Shown here piece by piece: positions 28,938-39,348 of a stretch of 52,540 bases of DNA. The stretch is from Bacteroidales bacterium. GTDB lineage: Bacteria > Bacteroidota > Bacteroidia > Bacteroidales > CG2-30-32-10. How positions within the stretch are numbered: the stretch's first letter is position 1; every line of letters starts with the position of its first letter. The stretch covers positions 1 through 52,540 of the forward strand of contig JBBQSF010000002.1 in NCBI GenBank assembly GCA_038214085.1. Reading direction: 5' to 3'. Both the position numbers and the translations under genes were made by a program. Under the pieces are notes generated by a model that worked only from the letters and a program-made list of their open reading frames with translations, had not been told where the DNA came from and did not search any database.

Positions 28938-29825
28938 ATGATGGAAGAAATTAAACAATGTCCGATTTGTGGAAACGAAGATTTTAAACAACTACTGAAT
29001 TGTGTTGATTATTTTTTAACAAAGGAAACATTTAACCTGGTTTCCTGCAAAAATTGTGAATTTGTTTTTGTAAACCCTCGTCCTTCCCAAAATGAATTGT
29101 CTAGGTATTATGATACACCTGAGTATATTTCACATTCGGGAACTAGAAGGGGCTTTGTAAATTATTTATACCTGAAAATACGAAATATTACCCTGAAAAA
29201 AAAGTTTAACCTTGTAAACAAAGTGTCTTCCGGAAAATCTATTCTCGACATTGGATGTGCAAGCGGAGAATTGTTAAATTATTTTAAGCAGAAAAACTGG
29301 ACTACTTTAGGAATTGAACCAGATGAAAAAGCCAGAAATTTTTCACGAACAAATTTTAATTTACAGGTTGAACCTGAAAACCATCTCAATAATATTTCTG
29401 ACAAGTCGTTTGATGCAATAAGTATGTGGCATGTACTTGAACATGTTTCAGAACTGAAAAAACGAATGGAGCAAATTACTCGAATAATAAAAGATGATGG
29501 CACTATAATAATTGCTTTACCCAATCACTTATCTTATGATGCCGAATTTTACAAATCATATTGGGCAGCATATGACGTTCCCCGACATTTGTATCATTTT
29601 TCCCAAAAAAATATCGAACAACTTTTTTCTAATTATGGTTTCAAAATGATTTCTTTGCTGCCAATGAAATTTGATTCCTATTATGTGTCGATGCTGAGTG
29701 AAAAATATAAAACTGGAAAACAGAGCTTTGTCAAGGGACTTTACAGAGGATACATCTCAAACCTATATGCACGTAAGCGTAGCAACAATTATTCAAGTCT
29801 GATATACGTGTTTAAAAAAAAATAA
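28938..29825 (+). CDS. Class I SAM-dependent methyltransferase with N-terminal zinc-ribbon
   Basis: CPICGN...CKNCEF forms a CxxC...CxxC ribbon. SAM motif I is ILDIGCASGELL. Confidence 0.8.
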   Translation: MMEEIKQCPICGNEDFKQLLNCVDYFLTKETFNLVSCKNCEFVFVNPRPSQNELSRYYDTPEYISHSGTRRGFVNYLYLKIRNITLKKKFNLVNKVSSGKSILDIGCASGELLNYFKQKNWTTLGIEPDEKARNFSRTNFNLQVEPENHLNNISDKSFDAISMWHVLEHVSELKKRMEQITRIIKDDGTIIIALPNHLSYDAEFYKSYWAAYDVPRHLYHFSQKNIEQLFSNYGFKMISLLPMKFDSYYVSMLSEKYKTGKQSFVKGLYRGYISNLYARKRSNNYSSLIYVFKKK

Positions 29826-29975
29826 ACGCAATTTAAGGCTTGAAAATTCAGTTTTTCGGTGTTGTTGGATTTTATATCTTTATAGAAATTTTCATGCATC
29901 AGAGGGCTTAATTTTGGCTCGCCTTTTGTAGCCCAATAAAATCAACTGTTTTGATAACCCGAAAAGATTTTTATA

Positions 29976-32900
29976 ATGGTTTCTAATATACTGAAGAAAA
30001 AAACGATACTTTTTTTTATACTTTTTTTGGTATTTATACTTTTTTCATTTTTTTTGAAAACAAATATTTTTTCTGATAAAGATTACATTCAGAAAGCAAA
30101 AAAGATTGAAAAAAAATTAATTGAAAAAAAGAAATTAACTCAAGAAGCTTTTCAGAAAATTGAAAAAGAAATTCAAGATTCTGTAATTTTCAGAGAAGAG
30201 CTAAAAAATGATTATTATTTCCGTCTTGCCGCAACCGATGAAATTTATATTTATGTTTTTAAAAACGATTCGCTTTGTTTTTGGTCCGATAATAAATTAT
30301 TAATCGAAAATCCCGCTGCAGATTCACTAAAGAAAAATCGGGTAATAAAATACGACAATGGCTGGTATTACCAATGCCATAAATCGGGTAATTTATATGA
30401 TATTTATGGATTGATCCTGATTAAAAATAAGTACAGGTATCAGAATGATTACCTTGTAAACGGCTTTCAGGAGGATTTTAACACAGCCAATGATTGCCGG
30501 ATTTCAAAAGAAAAAGGGAAGTATAATATTGCAGATGAAAACGGAACATTTTTATTTTCACTTATAGAAAAAACCAAGGAACAAGAAGATAATAATCTTG
30601 TGTTTCTGGTATTGCTCTCTTTTATTTTGGCTTACATTTTTTTTATTTCATTTTTAATGGGATTTACGGGATTTATTGAACATAAATTCAGAAAAACGGG
30701 ATTTTTGTTTGTTCTTTTCCCTTTGTTCCTTATACTTTTCCGGGCTTTAACATTCTGGCTAAAATTTCCGGACTTTATATATAGTCTTGATTTGTTTGGA
30801 CCGAAGTATTTTGCCTCAGCTGAGCTCTTGCCATCGCTAGGAGATATGTTATTAAATGTGGTGGTTTTGTTTTTTATTTCTTTGTACATTTTCAGCCGCA
30901 TTCGTCGCATAAAAAAGAAAGTAAAGTTTCCCGAAAAAATTAAGATGCCTTTAGCGGCTCTGCTAATGATCACTGTTATTGCTTTGTATTATTTTGTTGT
31001 AGTATTATTCAAAGGACTAATTGTAAATTCAAGCATAAGCTTCGATCTGAACAATATTTTTACATTAAACCTTTACAGTTTAATCGGATTTTGCATCATT
31101 TCTTTTTTATTGCTATCGTTCTTTTTTGCTGTATTTACAATTGGATTTGTTGTTATTGGATGGCTTAAGCGCTTATCTTCCTATCTGATTATGCTCGCGA
31201 TTTTGTTCCTGTTGGCATTTATATTTAATCAGGCTTATTTGTTTTTTGAAACGCCATATCTTCTATTTCTATTGGTATTTCTCGTTTTCATGGGGTTTTC
31301 ACTTAATAGTAACGGAATTAAATTCAGCATAAAATCTATAATTACATATATAATTTTGTTTGCACTTGTCTCCACATTTTTAATTTATGAGCAGAATAAA
31401 TATAAAGAAAGAGAAAAGCGGAAACTATTGGTTATGCAGCTTTCGATAGAACAGGATCCTATTGCCGAATATCTTTTTTCAGATATTGAGAAAAAAATTG
31501 TTAGCGATACAGTCATAAGCAGAATAATTTTTGACAAGGATACTGACGAAGAAAAGATCATGGAAATTTTAAAAGATCAGTATTTTACAGGTTTCTGGTC
31601 CAAATATAACACCCAGGTTACAGTTTGTAAACCCGGACAGGAGCTCATTATAAAGCCCGAAAATGTAAAAACCCAGTGTGATTCTTTTTTTAGTAAAATG
31701 ATAGGATTTAATGGTATTGAAACAATGAATCCGCACTTATATTATTTGGATAACGGCAGCGGCCGAAACAATTATATTGCCGCTATTCCCTATTTTAAAA
31801 TGATAAATGATACGTTACCAATTGCAACCTTGTATGTTGAACTGTATGCTAAATTTTATCCCAAGGAAATGGGATACCCCGAATTGCTGATTGATAAAAA
31901 TATCCGTATCAATAAAGAAGTTTATAATTACAGTTACGCTAAGTATAAAAACAATGAACTTCTGGTTCAGTACGGAAAGCTTTCGTATCCTATGCGTTCG
32001 ACATTTTACAAAAAGTACAGCAACGAATTTGAGTTTTTTACTTCAGGAGAATACGATAATTTGCATTACAATGCCGGAAAAGGTAATGAAATTGTAATCA
32101 GCAGGAAAAGCCACGATTTACTTGATATTATTGCTCCATTTTCGTATGTATTTATCTTTTTCTGCATCATATCATTTCTGTTTATTGTGCTTTATAAAAT
32201 TCCTTTTTCTGTAAAAGAAATTTCAATTAATTTTAAGAGTCGTTTACAACTTTCAATGATACTTGTGTTGGTAATTTCGTTTGTTATCATTGGATTTTCC
32301 ACTCTTTATTTCATCATAAACATTTACGAGAAAAAGAACAATGATATTATAATAGAAAAAGCACATTCGGTACTTATTGAAATAGAAAGCAAGCTGGGAG
32401 AGGAAAAAGCAATTGCTCCAGATATGAGCACATACATTGCTGAGCTTTTAACAAAATTTTCAAATGTTTTTTTTACCGATATCAATGTTTACGACCTAAA
32501 TGGAATGCTTATAGCTTCTTCGCGTCCGCAAGTATTTGATGAAGGAACCATTTCAAAAAAGATGGACCCAATGGCCTACTGCGAACTTTTGGTAAATGCA
32601 AAAACGTTATTTGTTCATCAGGAAAAAATAGGAAGACTTGAATATACCTCGGTTTATGTGCCACTCATGAACAACGAAAACACGATTATTGGCTATATCA
32701 ACCTTCCATATTTTGCCAAACAAAGCGAGCTGAAAACCGAAATAGCAACATTTTTCGTTACTTTTATCAATATTAATGTGCTGATAACGGCGTTGGCAAT
32801 CATTATCGCCCTGTTGATTTCGAATTATGTTACCCGGCCTTTGCGTATTATTAAAACCCAAATGGGGCGGTTTTCACTTGGAAAAAAGAATGAGAAAATT

Positions 32901-33680
32901 GAGTGGAAACGTCGCGATGAAATAGGAAACCTTATTCTGGAATATAACCGCATGATCGACGAGCTAAGCATGAGTGCTGAGCTTTTGGCACGCTCAGAAA
33001 GAGAGAGCGCTTGGCGCGAAATGGCAAAACAAGTGGCTCATGAAATTAAGAATCCGCTTACGCCTATGAAACTGAGTATTCAGCACCTGCAACGCTCTTG
33101 GTACGACAAACCCGCCGACTGGGAAGCACGGTTGAATAGGTTCACCAATACCATGATAGAACAGATTGATACTCTTTCGAAAATTGCATCCGAATTCTCC
33201 ACATTTGCTAAAATGCCCATAGCAAATATCGAAGAAATAGATTTTATTCAGCTTATTGAAAGTACTATTGTTTTATATGCAGATTATTCAACTCCTATTA
33301 TTCTCGAAAAAGCAGAGGGAAGCCATATTATTAAAGCCGACAGAACCCAGCTGATAAGGGTTTTCAATAACTTAATAAAAAATTCAATTCAGGCAATTGA
33401 TGAGAAAATCGATGGAAAAATTCAGATCATAATCAAACAAGCCGAAGACCATTACCTGATTACGGTAAAGGACAATGGCAGCGGCATTCCTGAAGAAAAA
33501 CGCGATAAGATATTTTCGCCTTACTTTACCACTAAAACCGGAGGAATGGGGCTTGGATTGGCAATGGTGAAAAGTATTATTGAAAGCATGAACGGGAAAA
33601 TCTGGTTCGAAACCAGAACAGCTGAAGATTCTGATGAAAGTGGTACTTCGTTTTTCTTCACGATTTCAAAGGAAAATTAA
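29976..33680 (+). CDS. Very large polytopic sensor histidine kinase (HAMP + HisKA + HATPase_c)
   Basis: It is 1234 aa with at least 12 hydrophobic segments by eye, separated by two large soluble regions. A HAMP-like segment follows the last TM. The H-box is AHEIKNPLTPM, the N-box NLIKNSIQA, and the G-boxes DNGSGIP and GGMGLGLAMVKS. Confidence 0.8.
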   Translation: MVSNILKKKTILFFILFLVFILFSFFLKTNIFSDKDYIQKAKKIEKKLIEKKKLTQEAFQKIEKEIQDSVIFREELKNDYYFRLAATDEIYIYVFKNDSLCFWSDNKLLIENPAADSLKKNRVIKYDNGWYYQCHKSGNLYDIYGLILIKNKYRYQNDYLVNGFQEDFNTANDCRISKEKGKYNIADENGTFLFSLIEKTKEQEDNNLVFLVLLSFILAYIFFISFLMGFTGFIEHKFRKTGFLFVLFPLFLILFRALTFWLKFPDFIYSLDLFGPKYFASAELLPSLGDMLLNVVVLFFISLYIFSRIRRIKKKVKFPEKIKMPLAALLMITVIALYYFVVVLFKGLIVNSSISFDLNNIFTLNLYSLIGFCIISFLLLSFFFAVFTIGFVVIGWLKRLSSYLIMLAILFLLAFIFNQAYLFFETPYLLFLLVFLVFMGFSLNSNGIKFSIKSIITYIILFALVSTFLIYEQNKYKEREKRKLLVMQLSIEQDPIAEYLFSDIEKKIVSDTVISRIIFDKDTDEEKIMEILKDQYFTGFWSKYNTQVTVCKPGQELIIKPENVKTQCDSFFSKMIGFNGIETMNPHLYYLDNGSGRNNYIAAIPYFKMINDTLPIATLYVELYAKFYPKEMGYPELLIDKNIRINKEVYNYSYAKYKNNELLVQYGKLSYPMRSTFYKKYSNEFEFFTSGEYDNLHYNAGKGNEIVISRKSHDLLDIIAPFSYVFIFFCIISFLFIVLYKIPFSVKEISINFKSRLQLSMILVLVISFVIIGFSTLYFIINIYEKKNNDIIIEKAHSVLIEIESKLGEEKAIAPDMSTYIAELLTKFSNVFFTDINVYDLNGMLIASSRPQVFDEGTISKKMDPMAYCELLVNAKTLFVHQEKIGRLEYTSVYVPLMNNENTIIGYINLPYFAKQSELKTEIATFFVTFININVLITALAIIIALLISNYVTRPLRIIKTQMGRFSLGKKNEKIEWKRRDEIGNLILEYNRMIDELSMSAELLARSERESAWREMAKQVAHEIKNPLTPMKLSIQHLQRSWYDKPADWEARLNRFTNTMIEQIDTLSKIASEFSTFAKMPIANIEEIDFIQLIESTIVLYADYSTPIILEKAEGSHIIKADRTQLIRVFNNLIKNSIQAIDEKIDGKIQIIIKQAEDHYLITVKDNGSGIPEEKRDKIFSPYFTTKTGGMGLGLAMVKSIIESMNGKIWFETRTAEDSDESGTSFFFTISKEN

Positions 33681-33750
33681 TGTCTTCCTCGTATTATCAG
33701 AACACAATAAAAATAATAAGCCAAATCTCCCGTTAAAAAGAGTAATCAAT

Positions 33751-33758
33751 TAACTTTG
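33751..33758 (+). promoter_or_regulatory. Bacteroidota -7 promoter box (TAACTTTG)
   Basis: It matches TAnnTTTG and lies 17 nt upstream of the TTG start at 33776. Confidence 0.35.
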
Positions 33759-33775
33759 CACAAATTTACGTTCAA

Positions 33776-35245
33776 TTGAATCCAATTAAGCAACTGGCCG
33801 GACAAACGGCTGTGTACGGACTAAGCAGTATTTTTGCAAGAGTATTGTCCTACTTGCTGGTTCCCATTTATACTCGTATTTTTTTACCGGAAGAATACGG
33901 TATTGTAAACGAAATGTATACGTATGTTTCCTTACTTATAGTTGTTCTAACCTATGGTTTTGAAACAGGTTTTTTTCGGTTTTACCAATTAGAAACAAAT
34001 AAAAAAAAGGTTTATAGCACCGCGCTGATTTCATTGATTTCCACATCAATGCTTTTTATTTTGGCAGCAATACTCTTTGCTCAACCGGTAGCAGATGTTC
34101 TTAGATACCCTAACAACAAAGAATACGTAATTTGGTTTTCTATGATTATTGCAATGGATGCGCTTTCTTCGATACCATTTGCATTGCTTAGGCAACAAAA
34201 TAAAGCAAAGCGATTTGCCACAATTAAAATAATAGGCATTATTATTAACGTTGCATTCAATCTGTTTTTTCTTATTCTTTGTCCTTATTTGAAAAACAAG
34301 GGCATTCTTACTGATTTTGTAGATACGGTTTATAAAGGTAAAATAGGTGTTGGCTACGTCTTTATTTCAAACCTGATTTCGAGTGGAATTACAATAATAC
34401 TTCTTTTACCCGAAATTACTAAGGTTTCGTATATTTTCGACTATAGTTTGTGGAAAAAAATGATGCGATACTCTTTGCCTTTATTGCTCGTTGGGCTGGC
34501 GGGAATTATAAATGAAACTATGGATCGTATTTTTTTGAAATACATGCTCCCCAGAGAAATTTCGATGGCTCAGGTAGGAATTTACGGAGCCTGTTATAAA
34601 ATTTCAATTCTAATGACTTTGTTTATTCAGGCTTTTCGCTTTGCGGCAGAACCTTTTTTCTTTTCACAAGCCAAAAGTGACAATGCAAAAAAAGTTTACG
34701 CAGATGTAATGAACTATTTTGTAATTGTGTGTGCCTTCATTTTTCTGGTAATAATGCTTTATATTGATGGAGTGAAATATTTTGTGGGAGAAAAATATTA
34801 TGAAGGTCTTCCTGTTGTACCTATTTTACTGATGGCTAATTTATGCCTTGGAATTTATTATAATCTGTCTATCTGGTACAAACTTACCGGTCAAACAAAA
34901 TATGGAGCCGTAATATCTGTTGTGGGTGCGCTGATTACTGTGGTGCTCAATATATGGCTTATTCCTATTATCGGTTATATGGGATCGGCCTGGGCTACAT
35001 TTATCTGCTATTTTATAATGATGGTACTTTCTTATATGCTGGGCATGAAATTTTATCCGGTAAAGTATGAACTGAAAAAAATACTTGGCTATATTGGTTT
35101 ATCGCTTCTGCTATATGGAATAAGCTGTTTCATTAAGCCCGATAACTCCCTTGTGTTGTATTCTTTTAATTCCTTTTTACTTATGGTATTTGTAGCGGCT
35201 GTGTTTTATTCAGAAAAAAAACGTAAACTAAATGCAATAAAATAG
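33776..35245 (+). CDS. Polysaccharide/oligosaccharide flippase (MOP/Wzx-like) family membrane protein
   Basis: It is 489 aa with ~14 TM segments. The N-terminus (QLAGQTAVYGLSSIFARVLSYLLVPIYTRIF) is typical of Bacteroidota polysaccharide biosynthesis flippases. The TTG start is the only in-frame start before the conserved N-terminus. Confidence 0.72.
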   Translation: MNPIKQLAGQTAVYGLSSIFARVLSYLLVPIYTRIFLPEEYGIVNEMYTYVSLLIVVLTYGFETGFFRFYQLETNKKKVYSTALISLISTSMLFILAAILFAQPVADVLRYPNNKEYVIWFSMIIAMDALSSIPFALLRQQNKAKRFATIKIIGIIINVAFNLFFLILCPYLKNKGILTDFVDTVYKGKIGVGYVFISNLISSGITIILLLPEITKVSYIFDYSLWKKMMRYSLPLLLVGLAGIINETMDRIFLKYMLPREISMAQVGIYGACYKISILMTLFIQAFRFAAEPFFFSQAKSDNAKKVYADVMNYFVIVCAFIFLVIMLYIDGVKYFVGEKYYEGLPVVPILLMANLCLGIYYNLSIWYKLTGQTKYGAVISVVGALITVVLNIWLIPIIGYMGSAWATFICYFIMMVLSYMLGMKFYPVKYELKKILGYIGLSLLLYGISCFIKPDNSLVLYSFNSFLLMVFVAAVFYSEKKRKLNAIK

Positions 35246-35308
35246 CCATTATGCTTTTATGTAAAGGAATAAACCAACTGCATAGCTTAAGAGTTTCTGA
35301 ATTTTAGT

Positions 35309-35316
35309 TATTTTTG
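35309..35316 (+). promoter_or_regulatory. Bacteroidota -7 promoter box (TATTTTTG) for dut
   Basis: It matches TAnnTTTG and lies 18 nt upstream of ATG 35335. This argues against the TTG 35314 start in the ORF track. Confidence 0.4.
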
Positions 35317-35334
35317 TTTTTTATCAAAAAAGAT

Positions 35335-35769
35335 ATGAAAATTCGAATTGTAAATAAATCCTGTCACGCTCTTCCCGAATATGAAACCATTCATGCTGCG
35401 GGTATGGATTTGCGTGCCAATCTTGAAACTCCTGTTGTGTTAAAGCCACTTCAGCGTGCTTTAATACCAACTGGGCTATTCGTTGAAATCCCTGTAGGAT
35501 ATGAAGCTCAGGTTCGCCCAAGAAGCGGGCTGGCTTTTAAAAAAGGCATTACAGTGTTAAATACTCCTGGAACTATTGATGCAGATTATCGGGGAGAAGT
35601 AAAAGTGATATTGATTAACCTTTCCGAAGAAATTTTTGAAGTTCAGAATGGCGAACGTATTGCACAAATGGTAATAGCAGCACACGAACGTGCCGAATGG
35701 GAGCAGGTTGAAAAGCTTTCGGAAACTGTTCGTGGCGAAGGTGGATTCGGGCATACAGGAAAATCATAA
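35335..35769 (+). CDS. dut: dUTP diphosphatase
   Basis: It is 144 aa from ATG 35335, with dUTPase motifs [24 protein letters not shown] and [10 protein letters not shown]. Confidence 0.92.
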   Translation: MKIRIVNKSCHALPEYETIHAAGMDLRANLETPVVLKPLQRALIPTGLFVEIPVGYEAQVRPRSGLAFKKGITVLNTPGTIDADYRGEVKVILINLSEEIFEVQNGERIAQMVIAAHERAEWEQVEKLSETVRGEGGFGHTGKS

Positions 35770-35789
35770 TTTAATTAATTTTTTATAAA

Positions 35790-36791
35790 ATGAAAATTAT
35801 TGTCCCCATGGCTGGAATGGGAAAAAGAATGCGGCCGCACACACTTACCGTACCCAAACCCCTGATTCGTATTGCAGGTAAGCCTATTGTACAACGTCTG
35901 GTTGAAGATATTGCAGGAATGTGCAACGAAAAGGTTGATGAAATAGCCTTCATTATTGGCGATTTTGGAAAAGAAGTTGAAGCAAATCTTATTGCCATAG
36001 CAGAAAATCTTGGTGCCAAAGGGAGTATTTATTATCAAGAAAATCCACTGGGAACAGCCCATGCGGTTTTATGTGCCAAAGAAAGTCTTGAGGGAAAAGT
36101 AATTGTTTCTTTTGCCGATACTCTTTTCTGCGCTGATTTTATGATTGACGATTCCAGAGAATCAATTATATGGGTTCATAAAGTTGAAGATCCCTCGGCC
36201 TTTGGTGTTGTGAAAATTGACAGCAACAACTGTATAACAGATTTTATTGAAAAGCCAAAAACATTTGTTTCGGACCTTGCAATTATCGGAATATATTATT
36301 TCCGCGATGGAAATAATTTAAAAAATGAATTGCAGTATCTGATTGATAACGACGTTCAGAAAGGCGGAGAATATCAACTTACCGATGCGCTTACAAATAT
36401 GAAAAACAAAGGAATGGCGCTATACACCGGCGCCGTTGACGAATGGCTCGACTGCGGCAACAAAGATGCTACTGTTTATACCAATCAGCGAATTCTTGAG
36501 TTTAATAAAGATAGTAAATTGATTGCCGATACCGCTATTGTGGAAAACTCCGTTATTGTTCATCCCTGCTTTATTGGCGAAAATGCAAAAATCATCAACT
36601 CGGTTATTGGCCCTTATGTTTCGGTTGGAGGAGATACCACATTAGAAAACTCTGTAATTTCTAACAGTATCATCCAGACAAACAGTAAAATAACCAACGT
36701 AAAAATTGACAACTCTATGGTGGGAAATTATGTTGAATACAATGGTACCGTCCGCGAAGTAAGTATTGGTGATTACACTATTATGAAATAA
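35790..36791 (+). CDS. Sugar-phosphate nucleotidyltransferase with C-terminal left-handed beta-helix
   Basis: The N-terminal motif VPMAGMGKRMRP is of the GxGxR nucleotide-binding type. The C-terminal part has hexapeptide-like repeats (IVENSVIV..., IGENAKIINSVIG..., VGGDTTLENSVIS...). Confidence 0.8.
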   Translation: MKIIVPMAGMGKRMRPHTLTVPKPLIRIAGKPIVQRLVEDIAGMCNEKVDEIAFIIGDFGKEVEANLIAIAENLGAKGSIYYQENPLGTAHAVLCAKESLEGKVIVSFADTLFCADFMIDDSRESIIWVHKVEDPSAFGVVKIDSNNCITDFIEKPKTFVSDLAIIGIYYFRDGNNLKNELQYLIDNDVQKGGEYQLTDALTNMKNKGMALYTGAVDEWLDCGNKDATVYTNQRILEFNKDSKLIADTAIVENSVIVHPCFIGENAKIINSVIGPYVSVGGDTTLENSVISNSIIQTNSKITNVKIDNSMVGNYVEYNGTVREVSIGDYTIMK

Positions 36792-36801
36792 TCTGCTGAT
36801 T

Positions 36802-38529
36802 ATGCTGAAAAAAAACAAAATAGTTTGTCTGTTTATATTGTCGGTATTGATTTTTTCTTCTTGTGGAATATTGCACAAAAAAGCTAAACAAGGCAATTTA
36901 TCAGAAAAAGTGCAGTTGGAAGTTACCACTTCATTTATCAATGGAGTTCGTGAGAAAATACTCGGTAATTACGAAAAGGCCATCACTTATTTTCTTGAAA
37001 GTCTGAAAAACAATCCAAATCATGCAGCTTCAATGTATGAACTTTCTGAAATTTATTTTCTTCAGAAAAAGGACAAAGACGCACTGAGTTATATTGAAAA
37101 AGCTGCAAAAACAGATCCTGAAAATAAATGGTACCTTACGTCGTATGCCGAAACATTAATTGCAAACAAAGATTACAAAAGTGCTTCGGCAGTTTACAAA
37201 ACCCTTTCCGAAAAATTCCCCTTCGAAGTTGATAATTATTTCAACTGGGCAATGTGTTACATTTATCTTGGCAGATATGCCGAAGCAATTGATGTTTACA
37301 ATAAAATTGAAGATGTTTACGGAGTTACGGAAGAAATTTGCCTGCAGAAACAAAAAATATATGTACAGATAAACAAGTTTTCAAAGGCTGTTGAGGAAAT
37401 TCAGAAACTCATTGACCTGAACCCCCAAGAACCAATTTATTATAATTATCTGGCAGATTTATATCTGGAAAACAAAATGTACGATAAGGCATTTGCTACA
37501 TATCAAAAAATTCTTGAAATTGATCCCGAGAATGGAGCTGTAAATTTGTCGTTGGCCGACTACTATCGTACAAAAAAGGAATACGAAAAATCATTCGAAT
37601 CGTTGAAAAAAGCTTTTGCTTCACCCAGCCTTGAGGTTGATGTAAAAATAAAAATTCTGCTTTCGTATTATTCGCTTACAGAAAAATCGAACGATTTAAA
37701 AAGCCAGGCAGATACACTTATGCAAATTCTTACTGTTAACGAACCCAATGAACCAAAGGTATTTGCAATGTATGCCGATTTTCTTTACCGCGACAATAAA
37801 CTTAAAGAAGCCGAAACGCAGTTGATTAAGGTGTTATCTCTCGACAGCAGTAAATATGCCGTATGGGAACAGTTGCTATTTATTGAATCAGACCTTAACA
37901 ATACGGATGAACTTGAAAAAAACAGCAAAGCAGCAATTGAACTTTTTCCTGAGCAAGCCATGCTTTATTTGTTTAATGGAATGGCTAATTATCTAGGAAA
38001 AAATTACGATGAAGCAATTATTTCATTGAACAAAGGGATAGCCTTAGTTGTTTACAATAATTCATTATTGACGCAATTCTTAAGCTATTTAGGAGATTCT
38101 TATTATTTTAATAAAAACTATACCGAAGCATACGCCACTTATGATAAAGTTCTGTCCATTGATTCAAAAAACCAGTATGTGCTTAATAATTACAGTTATT
38201 ATCTGGCTTTGGCAGGAACAGATTTAGACAAAGCACAAAAAATGGCAAAAAAATTGGTTGAGCTCAATCCAAATAGTGCGTCATACATAGATACTTATGG
38301 TTGGGTGCTCTATAAATCAGGTAATTTTTCCGATGCAGAAAGCCAGATCAGTACAGCACTTACAAAAGGCGGTGATAAAAATGCAATAATACTCGAGCAT
38401 TATGGCGATGTTCAGTACAAGCTGAAAAATACCGTTAAGGCTCAGGAATACTGGAAAAAAGCTCAGGATGCCGGAAAAGGCTCCGAATTATTAGATAAAA
38501 AAGTAACCGAAGGAATACTGTTTGAATAA
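36802..38529 (+). CDS. TPR-repeat lipoprotein
   Basis: The lipoprotein signal is LSVLIFSSC. TPR units continue throughout the 575 aa (e.g. YEKAITYFLESLKNNPNH, YDKAFATYQKILEIDPEN). Confidence 0.8.
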   Translation: MLKKNKIVCLFILSVLIFSSCGILHKKAKQGNLSEKVQLEVTTSFINGVREKILGNYEKAITYFLESLKNNPNHAASMYELSEIYFLQKKDKDALSYIEKAAKTDPENKWYLTSYAETLIANKDYKSASAVYKTLSEKFPFEVDNYFNWAMCYIYLGRYAEAIDVYNKIEDVYGVTEEICLQKQKIYVQINKFSKAVEEIQKLIDLNPQEPIYYNYLADLYLENKMYDKAFATYQKILEIDPENGAVNLSLADYYRTKKEYEKSFESLKKAFASPSLEVDVKIKILLSYYSLTEKSNDLKSQADTLMQILTVNEPNEPKVFAMYADFLYRDNKLKEAETQLIKVLSLDSSKYAVWEQLLFIESDLNNTDELEKNSKAAIELFPEQAMLYLFNGMANYLGKNYDEAIISLNKGIALVVYNNSLLTQFLSYLGDSYYFNKNYTEAYATYDKVLSIDSKNQYVLNNYSYYLALAGTDLDKAQKMAKKLVELNPNSASYIDTYGWVLYKSGNFSDAESQISTALTKGGDKNAIILEHYGDVQYKLKNTVKAQEYWKKAQDAGKGSELLDKKVTEGILFE

Positions 38530-39344
38530 TGAAAAAAAGAAAATATATATTTCTGCTATTAATATCTATTATTGCAATTATTGCATGTAATCCGCAGAAA
38601 AAAATCATTAAAGAACCCATAAAGGAAAAGGGTGCCGATTATTTGTTTGATCAACTAAAAAAACATGAATTTAAATATGACGGATTGAATATTAAATTTT
38701 CCGCAGACTTTGAAATGGAAAAAAAATCAAATTCATTTAGCGGTACACTTCGTATACGTAAGGATAGTGCTATTTGGATGACGGTTTCGGCACTGGGACT
38801 TGAAGCATTCAGGGCTTTAATTACACACGATTCAATTAAAATGCTCAACCGATTGAACAATACATATTATGCCGAAGGGTTTTTATTTCTTAATAAATTA
38901 CTGAGCACCAATATGGATTTTGATATGCTACAGTCATTACTTACCGGTAATGATTTTTCGTTATATCAGGGAGATATATTTAAGGCTTCAATTGAGAATA
39001 AACAATACAAATTAAGTACTGTTGGCAGGGGAAAACTTAAAAAATATATCGCAAATACCGAAGACAGTCTTCGGTTGTTAATGCAAGATATTTGGCTCGA
39101 TCCCGAAACATTTAAAATTTCTAAAGTAATGTTGAAGGAAATCAAAGAGAATAGAAAGCTTGAAGTAGAATATTCTGAATTTCAATTAATTGACACTATG
39201 TACATCGCAAATAAAATGAAATTTGATTTTTCGAATTTGAATCAGAAAATAAAATTGGATATTAATCTCAACAAAATATCTAGAGTAAATGCTTTGGAAT
39301 TTCCGTTCACAGTTAGTCCAAAATACACTAGAATTAAACAATAG
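38529..39344 (+). CDS. Lipoprotein, DUF4292/LolB-like
   Basis: The lipoprotein signal is LLISIIAIIAC. Its start overlaps the upstream stop (ATGA-type). Its position between the TPR gene and the EnvC-like gene matches a conserved Bacteroidota cluster. The family name comes from recollection. Confidence 0.55.
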   Translation: MKKRKYIFLLLISIIAIIACNPQKKIIKEPIKEKGADYLFDQLKKHEFKYDGLNIKFSADFEMEKKSNSFSGTLRIRKDSAIWMTVSALGLEAFRALITHDSIKMLNRLNNTYYAEGFLFLNKLLSTNMDFDMLQSLLTGNDFSLYQGDIFKASIENKQYKLSTVGRGKLKKYIANTEDSLRLLMQDIWLDPETFKISKVMLKEIKENRKLEVEYSEFQLIDTMYIANKMKFDFSNLNQKIKLDINLNKISRVNALEFPFTVSPKYTRIKQ

Positions 39345-39348
39345 CAAA

